Positions 40,566 through 50,852 of a DNA stretch of 64,000 nucleotides are shown piece by piece; positions within the stretch are counted from its first letter, which is position 1; each line of letters starts with the position of its first letter. The position numbers were made by a program, and so were the translations under genes. Location: contig JBDHHQ010000001.1 in assembly GCA_039589315.1 (NCBI GenBank), positions 64,001 through 128,000 of the forward strand. The letters are read 5' to 3'. Under the pieces are notes generated by a model. It was not told where the DNA came from. It worked only from the letters and a program-made list of their open reading frames with translations, and did not search any database. The DNA is from Gemmatimonadota bacterium (GTDB lineage Bacteria > Gemmatimonadota > Gemmatimonadetes > Longimicrobiales > Gaopeijiaceae).

Positions 40566-42403
40566 TGCACACGACACATCCACATGCCATGCGCCGGCGC
40601 GCCCGCGGTGCGACCATCATCATCGGAGCGGTGATCGGAGCATTGGTCGCGACCTTCTTCCGGGCCCAGATACTGCGGTCCGACACGTGGAGCCTCCGCT
40701 CGGAGTCCAACCGACTCCGGCCCCTTCCGGTGCCGGCCGCTCGGGGGACCATCTTCGACCGACACGGTGAGGTCCTGGCCGACAACATCCCGGGATACGC
40801 GGTTTCCGTGCTGCCGGCATCCCGAGACTCGGTGCGCGCCGTGCTGGAGCGGCTTCGTCCGCTCCTCGGCCTCTCGGACCAGGGGATCGAGGGCCTCATG
40901 CTCCGCCGGAGCCAGGACCCGCGCCGTCCGCTCCTCGTAGACTCCGACGCCAGCTTCGACGAGGTCGCGGCCCTGGAGGAGCGCCGCGAGCAGAATCCGA
41001 CCGTCTTCCTCGAGATGCGGCCCAAACGGCGCTACGTGGCTGGGGCAGCGGCGGCCCACGTCCTGGGCTACGTCGGCGAGATCACCGCCGAGGAGCTGGA
41101 GCGGCCCCGATTCGAAACGTACGAGCAGCGCATGGTCGTGGGGAAAGAAGGCGTCGAGCGACAGTACGAAGCGGACCTTCAGGGGCGGCAGGGTGTGCGG
41201 TACGTCGAGGTGGACGCCCTGGGCCGCATCGTCGGGTCGTTCGAGGGGCGACGGGGTGACCCGGCGGTGCCCGGTGACGACGTTGTCCTCAACCTGGATC
41301 TGGATCTCACCCGTGAGATCGACCGAATCTTCCCCGATTCCATGCGTGGGGCAGTCGTCGCCCTCGACGTGGCCGATGGCGGGGTACTGGCGCTGTACTC
41401 GGCTCCCAACTACGACCCCAACGAGTTCGTCGGAGGCATCGAGGTGGGGCTCTGGAACGAGCTGAACACGGATCCGGCGAGGCCGCTGTACAACCGGCCG
41501 GTGCTGGGCCGCTACGCGCCTGCCTCGACGTGGAAGCTGGCCACCGCTGCCATCGCCCTGGAGTTGGGCGTGGTGGAGGCCACCGAGCACATGCCCATTC
41601 CCTGCACCGGAGGCATGCGGTGGGGGAACCGATACTGGCGCTGCTGGAAGCCCGAGGGGCACGGATCCCTGAGCCTGGTGGACGCCCTGCGCGACTCGTG
41701 CGACGTGTACTTCTACCAGATGGGCGTCCGGGTGGGGTTGGACCGGTTGCTGGAGCACGGGACCCGCATCGGCTTCTCGAGCACCTGCGGGGTGGACCTG
41801 CCCCTCGAGCGCGAGGGGATCTTCCCGGCCGACCGGAGCTTCTGGGAGCGGCGCTTCGGGTACACGCCGACCGAAGGTGAGGTCCTGAGCCTGGCCATCG
41901 GCCAGGGTCCGAACTCCCAGACACCCCTGAAGGTGGCCCAGTTCTACTTGGCCATCGCCCGGGACGGAACGGCGCCCGCGCCGTCCATCGTTCAGAATCC
42001 CGCGGAGCCGGCGCCCGGTTGGAGCCTGGACCTGTCCGCCGAGAACCTGGAGTGGCTTCGGGAGGGCCTCCGTCGCGTCGTGCGCCCGGGCGGCACCGCC
42101 TACATGTCCTCCCTCGAGCACTGGGACCTGATGGGCAAGACGGGCACGGGCCAGAATCCCCAGGATCCCACCCGGGACCACGCGTGGTTCGCGGGCATGG
42201 CGGGCCCCAAGGGCGGGGGCCCGGAGATCGTGGTAGTGGCCCTCGTGGAGTTCGGTGAGAGCGGCTCGGGCACGGCGGCGCCCATCGTGGCCAAGACTGC
42301 GGACTACTGGTTACGGCGCCGGTACGGGATCCCCACGGACACGATCCAGACCCTGCGCGAGCACTACATGGCGGGTCGCCCGGCCCCCTGGGCTGGGAGG
42401 TGA
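40565..42403 (+). CDS. mrdA: Penicillin-binding protein 2
   Basis: ARGTIFDRHG; SxxK (STWK), SCD, KTGT. Confidence 0.95.
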   Translation: MHTTHPHAMRRRARGATIIIGAVIGALVATFFRAQILRSDTWSLRSESNRLRPLPVPAARGTIFDRHGEVLADNIPGYAVSVLPASRDSVRAVLERLRPLLGLSDQGIEGLMLRRSQDPRRPLLVDSDASFDEVAALEERREQNPTVFLEMRPKRRYVAGAAAAHVLGYVGEITAEELERPRFETYEQRMVVGKEGVERQYEADLQGRQGVRYVEVDALGRIVGSFEGRRGDPAVPGDDVVLNLDLDLTREIDRIFPDSMRGAVVALDVADGGVLALYSAPNYDPNEFVGGIEVGLWNELNTDPARPLYNRPVLGRYAPASTWKLATAAIALELGVVEATEHMPIPCTGGMRWGNRYWRCWKPEGHGSLSLVDALRDSCDVYFYQMGVRVGLDRLLEHGTRIGFSSTCGVDLPLEREGIFPADRSFWERRFGYTPTEGEVLSLAIGQGPNSQTPLKVAQFYLAIARDGTAPAPSIVQNPAEPAPGWSLDLSAENLEWLREGLRRVVRPGGTAYMSSLEHWDLMGKTGTGQNPQDPTRDHAWFAGMAGPKGGGPEIVVVALVEFGESGSGTAAPIVAKTADYWLRRRYGIPTDTIQTLREHYMAGRPAPWAGR

Positions 42404-42446
42404 TGGGCAACGTCGGCGGGCTCCCGCCTCTCGGCCGGAGCCGTCC

Positions 42447-43682
42447 ATGAGGACGCTGTTCGTTCGGTGGGCGCGGGACCCGAAGCTGGTTCTCGCCCTG
42501 CTGGGTCTGTCGCTGTTCGGCATCGCCATGATCTACTCGGCGGGCGTGCTCAACGTCCCCAGCCCCGTGACTCGCGGGGCCTGGCTTCGTCAGAGCGTGT
42601 GGCTCGTCCTGGCGTTGATTGCCTTCACCCTGGTGAGCCGGATTCCTCTGCGCTGGTTCGAATGGGCCGCGTACCCGGCGTTCGTCATGGCGGTCGTCGT
42701 GTTGGGCGCCACCCTCGTGATCGGGACGGGTGGTGGGACGGCGGCTGGGGTGAAGAGCTGGATCAGCTTCGGCGGGTTCCGCTTCCAGCCCGCCGAGGTC
42801 GCGAAGGTCGCGACGATCCTGGCCCTTGCTCAACTGCTGTCCTCCCAGGAGGGGCCGCCGGCGTCCCTGCGGGAGCTGCTGGCGCCTGCGACCCTCGTGG
42901 CGGTGCCGTTGGGCCTCGTGATCCTGCAGCCCGACCTCGGAACGGCGCTGGCCTTCGTGGGCATTCTGTTCAGCGTGCTGTACTGGGCCGGGACCCCCCT
43001 CCCCATGCTGCTGCTGCTCGCGAGCCCCGGGCTGGGGCTCATTCTGAGCTTCGATACACGCGTGTGGTCGGCCTACACCATCCTCCTGGTCATCGCCCTC
43101 TATCTGTACCGCTATCGCCTGTACCTGGTGGAATCGGTGGCCGTGATCCTCGCCAACCTGGCCGCGGGCACCATCGCCCAGCCGTTGTGGAACTCCCTGG
43201 CCGAGTACCAGCGGAATCGCCTGCTGGTCTTCCTCGATCCCAGCGTGGATCCACGGGGCGCGGGATGGCACCTGATCCAGTCCAAGGTGGCGATCGGGAG
43301 CGGGGGGCTGGTGGGGAAGGGCTTCACCCTGGGCACCCAGAAACGGCTGGACTTCCTGCCCGAGCAGCACACCGATTTCATCTTCAGCGTCATCGGCGAA
43401 GAGTTGGGGTTCTTGGGGACGACGGCCGCGCTCGTGGCCTTCGCATACGTGCTGCACCGATTGGTGCGCATGGCGGAGGCCTCGGCCGATCCCTTTGCGG
43501 GCCTGGTGATCTTCGGTATTTTCGGGGCCTGGATCGTCCACATCTTCGTCAACGTCGGCATGACCGTGGGCCTCGTGCCGGTCACCGGGATCCCCCTCCC
43601 GTTCGTGAGCTACGGGGGATCGTTCTTGCTGATGTCGTGGGTCGCGGCGGCGATCGCCGTCCGGGTGGCCTACGAGGACTGA
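42447..43682 (+). CDS. rodA: Peptidoglycan glycosyltransferase RodA
   Basis: FQPAEVAK, QPDLGT, LPEQHTDFIF, GIPLPFVSYGGS. Confidence 0.96.
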   Translation: MRTLFVRWARDPKLVLALLGLSLFGIAMIYSAGVLNVPSPVTRGAWLRQSVWLVLALIAFTLVSRIPLRWFEWAAYPAFVMAVVVLGATLVIGTGGGTAAGVKSWISFGGFRFQPAEVAKVATILALAQLLSSQEGPPASLRELLAPATLVAVPLGLVILQPDLGTALAFVGILFSVLYWAGTPLPMLLLLASPGLGLILSFDTRVWSAYTILLVIALYLYRYRLYLVESVAVILANLAAGTIAQPLWNSLAEYQRNRLLVFLDPSVDPRGAGWHLIQSKVAIGSGGLVGKGFTLGTQKRLDFLPEQHTDFIFSVIGEELGFLGTTAALVAFAYVLHRLVRMAEASADPFAGLVIFGIFGAWIVHIFVNVGMTVGLVPVTGIPLPFVSYGGSFLLMSWVAAAIAVRVAYED

Positions 43683-43741
43683 CTGCCCTTGCCCTCCGGT
43701 CACCCGCCAGGTCCGGAGGCTCTCCGAAGGCGCGGTATCCA

Positions 43742-44599
43742 ATGGACTGGTTTCGAAAGAAGAAGAAGCCGCTCAAGGCGTCCGACCGGCGCGATCTGCC
43801 ACCGGACGTATTCGAGAAGTGTACGGGGTGCGGGGAGATCCTCTACCGGGAGAAGCTCGCCCAGAACCTGAACGTGTGCCCCGAGTGTGGGTTCCACTTC
43901 CGGATCTCTGCCGACGAGTACGTCGGTTTGCTCATGGACGAGGGGACCTTCGAGGAGTTCGACGCCGAGATGGAGAGCGGCGATCCGCTGGGCTTCGTGG
44001 ATTCGAAGCCGTACCCTCAGCGCCTGGCCACGGCCGAGGCGAAGGTGGGCCGCAAGGAGGCCACGATATCGGGCGTGGGTGAGCTCGATGGGATCCCCCT
44101 GTCGCTAGCAGTCATGGACTTCCGGTTCATCGGCGGTTCCATGGGCTCGGTCGTGGGCGAGAAGATCGCCCGGGCGGGGCGGCGCGCGGTCGAGCGGGGG
44201 ATCCCGCTCACCGTGGTGAGCGCTACCGGCGGCGCCCGCATGCAGGAGGGGATCTACTCGCTCATGCAGATGGCCAAGACATCGGCCGTGCTCCACCGCC
44301 TGGGCGAAGCCGCGCTTCCCTACGTCTCCATTCTCACGGATCCCACGACCGGCGGCGTCACGGCCTCCCACGCCATGCTGGGTGACGCGAACCTGGCCGA
44401 GCCCGGTGCGCTGATCGGCTTCACGGGCCCCCGCGTGATCAAGGAGACGATCCGCCAGGAGCTCCCGGATGGATTCCAGCGCTCCGAGTACCTCCTCGAC
44501 CACGGCATGGTGGATCGGGTGGTCGACCGGCGAGAGATGAAGGCGGCGGTGGCCATGCTGCTCCGGCACATGTGGGCGGGTTGGCCTGAGTCGGCGTGA
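43742..44599 (+). CDS. accD: Acetyl-CoA carboxylase carboxyltransferase beta subunit
   Basis: Zinc finger CTGC..CPEC, GGSMGSVVGEK, GGARMQEG, PTTGGVTAS. Confidence 0.97.
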   Translation: MDWFRKKKKPLKASDRRDLPPDVFEKCTGCGEILYREKLAQNLNVCPECGFHFRISADEYVGLLMDEGTFEEFDAEMESGDPLGFVDSKPYPQRLATAEAKVGRKEATISGVGELDGIPLSLAVMDFRFIGGSMGSVVGEKIARAGRRAVERGIPLTVVSATGGARMQEGIYSLMQMAKTSAVLHRLGEAALPYVSILTDPTTGGVTASHAMLGDANLAEPGALIGFTGPRVIKETIRQELPDGFQRSEYLLDHGMVDRVVDRREMKAAVAMLLRHMWAGWPESA

Positions 44600-45939
44600 C
44601 CCGCCGATCCACCCCGCCCGACACCCACGTCCCCGGCACGCCCGGTATCGATCCGCTGCCAGGCCGCATCCTCCCTCCGCCCGCTCCGGGCGGGGATTGG
44701 ACCCTGGATCGCACCCGCGACGTGCTGCGGTCCCTGGGGGATCCCCATTTGGCCGTGCCCACCCTGCACGTGGGTGGCACGAACGGGAAGGGGTCCGTGG
44801 CGGCCATCTGGTCCGGAGCCCTGTCCGCGGCCGGCCACCGCGTGGGGCTCTTCACGTCCCCCCACCTCTGCTCGTACCGGGAGCGCTTTCGACTCGACGG
44901 CCGCCCCGTGGCGGAGGCGGAGCTGGCGGCGGCGGCAGCTCGTGTCTACGACGCCGTCGAGGCCGGTGGTCTGACCTTCTTCGAGGCCTCCGCTGTCCTG
45001 GCGTTCCAGCTGTTCGCCGCACAGGGCGTCGACGCGGCCGTGGTCGAGGTGGGGTTGGGGGGCCGGCTGGACGCCACCAACGTGGTGGAACCGGTTCTCG
45101 TGGCCATCACCAACGTGGCGCTGGACCACACCGAGTACCTGGGCGAGAGCCTCCCCGAGATCGCCGTGGAGAAGGCCGGCATCATCAAGGCCGGAGTCCC
45201 CGTGGTCGTGGGCGAGGTGCACCCCGAGCTGCTGGCCGTGCTGGACGCGGCAGCCGGCCGGCAGGGCGCGCCGTTGCTCGCCGTGCCGCCTCCCTCCCGT
45301 GCGGCGCTGCGGCTCCACGGCGGACATTCCCGGCTGGCCCTGGACACCGATGCCTGGGGACGGCTCGAGCTGGAGGTGCCTCTCCCCGGGCCCCACCAGG
45401 CCCACAACGCGGCCGTGGCCGTGCGGGGTCTCGAGCAGCTCCCCCCGGCGTTGCGGCCCGGTGGGGCGGCGGTGGTGGCGGGTGTGGCGGATGTGCGGTG
45501 GCCGGGGCGACTCCAGGTGGAGCAGCGAGACGGTCGCACGTGGATCTTCGACGTCGCTCACAACGTGGCGGCTGCCAAGGCCATGGCCGCCGGGGTGGCG
45601 GCGCTGTCGCCCCCGGGGCCCGTGGTAGCCGTCGTGGGCATTCTGGCCGACAAGGACGTGGAGGGCGTGCTGCGTGTCGTGGCCCCCCTGGTCGACCGCA
45701 TCATCCTCACCGATCCGCCGTCGGTCCCGTCCGACCGGCGCTGGGAGCCCAGCGCGGATCCTGTGCTCCTCGCATCCGATCTCGTCACGGTTTCGGCACT
45801 CGTGACCGTGGAGTCCGACTTCGGCCGGGCGCTCCACCTGGCGCGCGGCTTGACGCCGGAGGGAACCGTGCTCGTGACCGGCTCCCACCATACGGTGGGG
45901 GACGCCCTCACTGCCGAGGGGTTCCCCCCCTGCGACTGA
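44596..45939 (+). CDS. folC: Folylpolyglutamate synthase/dihydrofolate synthase
   Basis: GTNGKGS, FTSPHL, EVGLGGRLDATN, EKAGIIK, WPGRLQ, DVAHN. Confidence 0.95.
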   Translation: MTRRSTPPDTHVPGTPGIDPLPGRILPPPAPGGDWTLDRTRDVLRSLGDPHLAVPTLHVGGTNGKGSVAAIWSGALSAAGHRVGLFTSPHLCSYRERFRLDGRPVAEAELAAAAARVYDAVEAGGLTFFEASAVLAFQLFAAQGVDAAVVEVGLGGRLDATNVVEPVLVAITNVALDHTEYLGESLPEIAVEKAGIIKAGVPVVVGEVHPELLAVLDAAAGRQGAPLLAVPPPSRAALRLHGGHSRLALDTDAWGRLELEVPLPGPHQAHNAAVAVRGLEQLPPALRPGGAAVVAGVADVRWPGRLQVEQRDGRTWIFDVAHNVAAAKAMAAGVAALSPPGPVVAVVGILADKDVEGVLRVVAPLVDRIILTDPPSVPSDRRWEPSADPVLLASDLVTVSALVTVESDFGRALHLARGLTPEGTVLVTGSHHTVGDALTAEGFPPCD

Positions 45940-46009
45940 GCCGGAAGCGCGGTGCGGATCGGTCCCTACGCGCCTGTACATTTCAGGCCCACCTGCTAGA
46001 TTCGCGGCC

Positions 46010-47296
46010 ATGACGAAGGCCAAGAGCTTCACGAAGCTCCCCGGGTTCAGGGACTTCCCACCCGAGGAGCTCGCGTTTCGGTCGCATATCTTCGATGCGT
46101 GGCGCCGGGTCTCCCGGCGTTACGGCTTTCTGGAGTATGACGGTCCCCCTCTGGAGTCGCTCGACCTCTACGTGGAGAAGAGCGGCGCGGAGATCGTCGA
46201 ACAGCTCTATACCTTCACGGACAAGGGTGGCCGGGAGGTGTCGCTCAGGCCCGAGATGACGCCGTCCCTTGCCAGGATCCTCGGTGCGCGCAGCCGCTCG
46301 CTGCCCAAGCCGATCCGCTGGTTCACCGTCCCGCAGCTCTTTCGCTACGAGCGGCAGCAGCGCGGGCGGCTTCGCGAGCACTTCCAGTGGAACGCCGACG
46401 TGGTTGGCGAGCCCGGCGTGTGGGCCGACGCAGAGGTGGTGGCTCTGGCCATCGACGCCCTCCGGGAGCTGGGTCTCGATGCCCAGGACTTCCGGGCCCG
46501 CGTCTCGGACCGCAGCCTTCTGTCGGCCATCCTGATGGAGGCCGGCGTCACCGAGGCCCAGCTGCCGGGCGCCTACGCCGCGGTGGACAAGCTCGAGCGC
46601 GAGGGACCGGAGAGGGTGGCGGGCCGGCTCACCGACCGACTGGGCCTGACGGCCGAGACCGCCGCCGCCGTGCTCGAGGTGTTCGCGTCTCGAGAGCTGG
46701 CGGGTGTCGTGGACCGATACGGCGACCGGCCCGCGGTCATGGAGCGGGTCGAGGCGCTGGGCGAGTTCGTGGCGGCTCTGAACGCCATGGGCCTGGGCGA
46801 CTTCGTTGAAGTCGACCTGACGATCGTGCGTGGGCTGGCCTACTACACCGGCATCGTCTTCGAGCTGTTCGACCGCAAGGGCGAGTTTCGAGCGATCTGC
46901 GGCGGCGGGCGCTACGACCGGCTCCTCGAGCTGGTGGGCGGCGACCCGCTTCCCGCGGTGGGCTTCGGCATGGGTGATGTCGTGCTGGGCGAGCTGCTCA
47001 GGGAGCGGGGCCTCGCGCCCGACTACGGTCGCGTCGCGGACTCGTACATCGTGGTCATCGGCGGAGAGCAGCGCACCGTGGCGCTGGAGATCGCGCACCG
47101 GCTCCGTGAAGCCGGAGAAAGCGTGCTCTACGCGCTGCGCGACGCTTCCGTGCGCAAGCAGTTCCAAGCCGCGGGCACGGAAGGCGCCCGGCGTGTGATC
47201 GTCCTGGGGCCCGACGAGGTGGCCCGGGGGCTGGCCGTCGTACGGGACATGGAGACGGGAGCCGAGCGGGAGGTGGCGCTGGAGGAGCTCGCATGA
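46010..47296 (+). CDS. hisS: Histidine--tRNA ligase
   Basis: LRPEMTPS, FRYERQQRGRLREH, RGLAYYTG, GGGRYD. Confidence 0.97.
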   Translation: MTKAKSFTKLPGFRDFPPEELAFRSHIFDAWRRVSRRYGFLEYDGPPLESLDLYVEKSGAEIVEQLYTFTDKGGREVSLRPEMTPSLARILGARSRSLPKPIRWFTVPQLFRYERQQRGRLREHFQWNADVVGEPGVWADAEVVALAIDALRELGLDAQDFRARVSDRSLLSAILMEAGVTEAQLPGAYAAVDKLEREGPERVAGRLTDRLGLTAETAAAVLEVFASRELAGVVDRYGDRPAVMERVEALGEFVAALNAMGLGDFVEVDLTIVRGLAYYTGIVFELFDRKGEFRAICGGGRYDRLLELVGGDPLPAVGFGMGDVVLGELLRERGLAPDYGRVADSYIVVIGGEQRTVALEIAHRLREAGESVLYALRDASVRKQFQAAGTEGARRVIVLGPDEVARGLAVVRDMETGAEREVALEELA

Positions 47297-47799
47297 AGGG
47301 GTGGTGTGTCCTCCTGATCCTGGCCGCGGCGTCGGGATGCGCCCAGGACGCCGGCGTAGGCGAGTCTCCCGGTGACGCGCCCTCCGGAGCGGAAGTGGCG
47401 ACGGAGTCGTCGACCGAGTCTGGGAGCGGGGCCGACCCGGTGGCGGGCGAGGTGCCCGAGGTGGGGGAGGTGATCTGGCAGATCTTCGACGAGACCCGGG
47501 AGCCGGAAGGCCCGCTCCGGACGACGCTACACGTCCTCGTGCCGCGGGACGGGAGCCGGGACGAGCTCCGCAAGGCGCTGACCGAGGCCCTGGAGCTCGC
47601 GGCCCAGAAGGACACGACCCTGGTGGCGGCCCGGGCAATCGGGTACAGAGCCGAGCAAACCGGTCCGGCCGACGCCAGGATGGTGCCGTTCGTGTGGGCC
47701 GAGTGGCTCCCCTCGGACGGCTGGTACCGGTCGACGGAGGCATCGAGGAGAACGATCCACCGGACGTACTTCTACCACAACCTCGCTCCGGAATGGTAG
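47293..47799 (+). CDS. Hypothetical lipoprotein
   Basis: Short signal peptide with lipobox ASGC; ATG overlaps hisS stop. Confidence 0.7.
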   Translation: MKGWCVLLILAAASGCAQDAGVGESPGDAPSGAEVATESSTESGSGADPVAGEVPEVGEVIWQIFDETREPEGPLRTTLHVLVPRDGSRDELRKALTEALELAAQKDTTLVAARAIGYRAEQTGPADARMVPFVWAEWLPSDGWYRSTEASRRTIHRTYFYHNLAPEW

Positions 47800-48095
47800 A
47801 GGAGGGCCCCCACCGGGAGGCGCGGGAAACCGTGCATCGGGCGATCCGGCGGCTCAACGTGCTGGAGTACGTCATCCTGATCGTGGTGGTGCTCCTGTCC
47901 CTGGCCGGGGGAGCACTGCTGGCGTTGCTGGCCCACTCCCTGGTGGGCGTGCCGTTTCGGATCACGTGGGCGGTCGCTTCGGTCCTGATCTTCGTGATCC
48001 CGGCCGCGATCGTGTGGAGCAAAGAGGTACGGGTACCCAGGGGAGCTCCTGAAAAGGGCACAGCACTGGATCGGAAGAGCAACGAGCATGGCTGA
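47793..48095 (+). CDS. Hypothetical two-TM membrane protein
   Basis: Two hydrophobic segments; overlaps both neighbours. Confidence 0.7.
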   Translation: MVEEGPHREARETVHRAIRRLNVLEYVILIVVVLLSLAGGALLALLAHSLVGVPFRITWAVASVLIFVIPAAIVWSKEVRVPRGAPEKGTALDRKSNEHG

Positions 48096-49548
48096 AGACA
48101 GGGGCATCACACCGCAGTCCGAGGATTTCGCGGCCTGGTACAACGACGTGGTCCTCAAGGCCGAGCTGGCGGACTACTCGCCGGTGCGCGGGTGCATGGT
48201 CATACGGCCGTGGGGATACGGCATCTGGGAGAACATGCAGAGCGCCCTCGACGGTCTCTTCAAGGAGACCGGTCACGAGAATGCCTACTTCCCGCTCCTG
48301 ATCCCCATGAGCTTCATCGAGCGCGAGAAGGAGCACGTCGAGGGGTTCAAGCCCGAATTGGCCGTCGTGACCCACGCCGGGGGCAAGGAGCTGGAGGAGG
48401 CCCTCGTGATCCGTCCGACGTCGGAGACGGTCATCTACTCCATGTACAGCAAGTGGGTGCAGAGCTACCGGGATCTTCCCGTCTTGTTGAACCAGTGGGC
48501 CAACGTGATGCGGTGGGAGCTGCGGACGCGCCTCTTTCTGCGGACGTCGGAGTTCCTGTGGCAGGAGGGCCACACGGCCCACGCGACGGAAGAAGAAGCC
48601 GAGGAGGAGACCCGCCTGATCCTCGGCATCTATCGACGCTTCCAGGAGGAGTGGATCGGGATGCCGCCACTCACCGGCCTGAAGTCCGAGTCGGAGAAGT
48701 TCGCGGGCGCCGTGCGCAGCTACGCGACCGAGGCCCTGATGAAGGACAACAAAGCCCTGCAGGCGGGCACGTCCCACATGCTGGGCCAGAACTTCTCCAA
48801 GCAGTTCGGTCTCACCTTCCAGAGTGAGGAAGGGAAGGAGGAGTTCGCCTGGAACACGTCCTGGGGTGTGTCCACCCGGCTCATCGGCGGCATGATCATG
48901 ACGCACGGCGACGACGTCGGGGCCGTCGTCCCGCCCAGGCTCGCCCCCGTACAGGTGGTGATCCTCCCCATCTTCCGCGGCGACGACGAGCGGGCCCTGG
49001 TCATGGAGAAGGCCGAAGCGGTGCTTGCCCAGCTCACCGAGGCCGGCGTGCGCGCCAAGGTCGATGCCCGGGACCACCTCAGGCCCGGGGCCAAGTTCTG
49101 GGAGTGGGAGCGAAAGGGCGTGCCGTACCGGATCGAGATCGGTCCCAGGGACCTGGCCAAGGGCCAGCTGGCAGTGGCGAAACGGGTGCGGGCGGAGGGC
49201 GAGCCCCGGAAGGAGTTCCTGCCGGAGGCGGAGGTGGTCGCCGAGATACCTGCCCGCCTCGAGGCGTTGCAGCACGCGCTGCTGGCGACCGCCAAGGCGC
49301 GCCGGGAGGCCCACTCGCATCGGGGCGTGTCGTCCGTCGGCGAGCTGAACGAGATCATGGAGGCGGGGGGCGGATTCGTCTACACCGGGTGGAGTGGCGA
49401 TCCGGCGGTGGAGGAGCAGGTCCAGAACGAGACGAAGGCGACGATCCGGGTCATCCCGGACCCGGAGTTCCGGTCCGAGTCCCCACCGGAGCGGTGCATC
49501 AGCGGCGCGGAGTCGAAGATGGAGGTCGCTTGGGCACGGGCCTACTGA
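48088..49548 (+). CDS. proS: Proline--tRNA ligase (archaeal/eukaryotic type)
   Basis: IRPTSET, QWANVMRWE, FLRTSEFLWQEGHT, QAGTSH, SWGVSTR, terminal ARAY; no INS editing domain. Confidence 0.97.
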   Translation: MAEDRGITPQSEDFAAWYNDVVLKAELADYSPVRGCMVIRPWGYGIWENMQSALDGLFKETGHENAYFPLLIPMSFIEREKEHVEGFKPELAVVTHAGGKELEEALVIRPTSETVIYSMYSKWVQSYRDLPVLLNQWANVMRWELRTRLFLRTSEFLWQEGHTAHATEEEAEEETRLILGIYRRFQEEWIGMPPLTGLKSESEKFAGAVRSYATEALMKDNKALQAGTSHMLGQNFSKQFGLTFQSEEGKEEFAWNTSWGVSTRLIGGMIMTHGDDVGAVVPPRLAPVQVVILPIFRGDDERALVMEKAEAVLAQLTEAGVRAKVDARDHLRPGAKFWEWERKGVPYRIEIGPRDLAKGQLAVAKRVRAEGEPRKEFLPEAEVVAEIPARLEALQHALLATAKARREAHSHRGVSSVGELNEIMEAGGGFVYTGWSGDPAVEEQVQNETKATIRVIPDPEFRSESPPERCISGAESKMEVAWARAY

Positions 49549-49570
49549 GGCAACGCCCGTTGGGGGGCGC

Positions 49571-50851
49571 TTGAGCCCGACCTCCGGCCCCCGGCCCCTC
49601 CGCTGTGGCGGCCTCGAGATGGACGCCTTGGCGGCTCGGTTCGGGACGCCCCTCTTCGTCTACGACGCGGCTCTGATCGAGGAGCGCTACCAGGCCCTGA
49701 TCTCGGCCTTCACGGGTGTCGACCTCCTGGTGGCCTACTCGGTCAAGGCCAACGGCAACCTCGCCATACTGGATCGCCTGGCGCGACTGGGGGCCGGGGC
49801 CGACATCGTGAGCGGCGGCGAGCTCCATCGGGCCATGCAGGCCGGCATTCCGGGTGACCGGATCGTCTTCGCCGGCGTCGGCAAGACGGTGTCCGAGCTG
49901 CGGTCGGCGGTCGCGGCGAGGATCCACGGCTTCCACGTGGAGAGCGCTGGCGAGCTCCGTGCCCTGGAGGCCGTGGCGGCGGAAATGGGGATTCCCGCCA
50001 GAGTCGGCCTCCGGGTCAACCCCGACATCGTGTCACCGGCGCATCACGGCTACACCCAGACCGGACACGCCGAGACCAAGTTCGGCATACCCGTCGACCA
50101 GGTCCTCGAGCTATACCGGTGGGCGGCGTCCAGCCCTCATATGGACATCCGGGGGATCGACGCGCACATCGGCTCGGGGATCCTGGATCCCGCCCCGTAC
50201 GGACGGGTCCTGGATCTGCTGCTCGAGATCGCGGCGCAGCTCGCGAGCGAGGGCATCGAGCTCGAGTACCTGGACATGGGCGGCGGCTACGGCGTGCCCC
50301 AGGGGGACGAGGCCGGTATGCCGGTGGAGCGCCTCGCGGAGCTCGTGGTGCCCCGGGTGCGCGAGGCCGGCCTGGGCCTGGTCGTGGAGCCCGGACGGTA
50401 CATCGTCGCCGAGGCGGGGACCCTCCTCACGACGGTGCTCTATGTCAAGCGCACCGGGGAGAAGACGTTCGTGGTCACCGACGGGGGCATGACCGAGCTG
50501 ATCCGCCCGAGTCTCTACGCGGGCTTTCACCGGGTAGAGCCGACCTCGGGCACTGCCAGTGGCGACGAGGAACGGGTCGACGTGGTGGGTCCGATCTGTG
50601 AGACCGGTGACTTCCTGGCCCTCGACCGGCGCATGACGGTGCCGTCCCCCGGCGACGTCCTGGCCGTGCGCACCGCCGGCGCCTACGGCTCTTCCATGGC
50701 ATCCAACTACAACTCGCGGCTCCGGCCGGCCGAGGTTCTGGTGGAGGACGGGCGAGCCCACCTGGTTCGCAGGCGGGAGACCCTGGAGGACCTCACTCGC
50801 GGGGAGACGATTCCCCCCTCACCCGAAGACACGACCAAGAAGCAGGCCTGA
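49571..50851 (+). CDS. lysA: Diaminopimelate decarboxylase
   Basis: [14 protein letters not shown] (PLP Lys), [22 protein letters not shown]; start approximate. Confidence 0.95.
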   Translation: MSPTSGPRPLRCGGLEMDALAARFGTPLFVYDAALIEERYQALISAFTGVDLLVAYSVKANGNLAILDRLARLGAGADIVSGGELHRAMQAGIPGDRIVFAGVGKTVSELRSAVAARIHGFHVESAGELRALEAVAAEMGIPARVGLRVNPDIVSPAHHGYTQTGHAETKFGIPVDQVLELYRWAASSPHMDIRGIDAHIGSGILDPAPYGRVLDLLLEIAAQLASEGIELEYLDMGGGYGVPQGDEAGMPVERLAELVVPRVREAGLGLVVEPGRYIVAEAGTLLTTVLYVKRTGEKTFVVTDGGMTELIRPSLYAGFHRVEPTSGTASGDEERVDVVGPICETGDFLALDRRMTVPSPGDVLAVRTAGAYGSSMASNYNSRLRPAEVLVEDGRAHLVRRRETLEDLTRGETIPPSPEDTTKKQA

Positions 50852-50852
50852 C

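Noticed and set aside
42467..44599. Apparent 710-aa accD fusion
   Set aside because: N-terminal part is an off-frame read of rodA; accD starts at 43742
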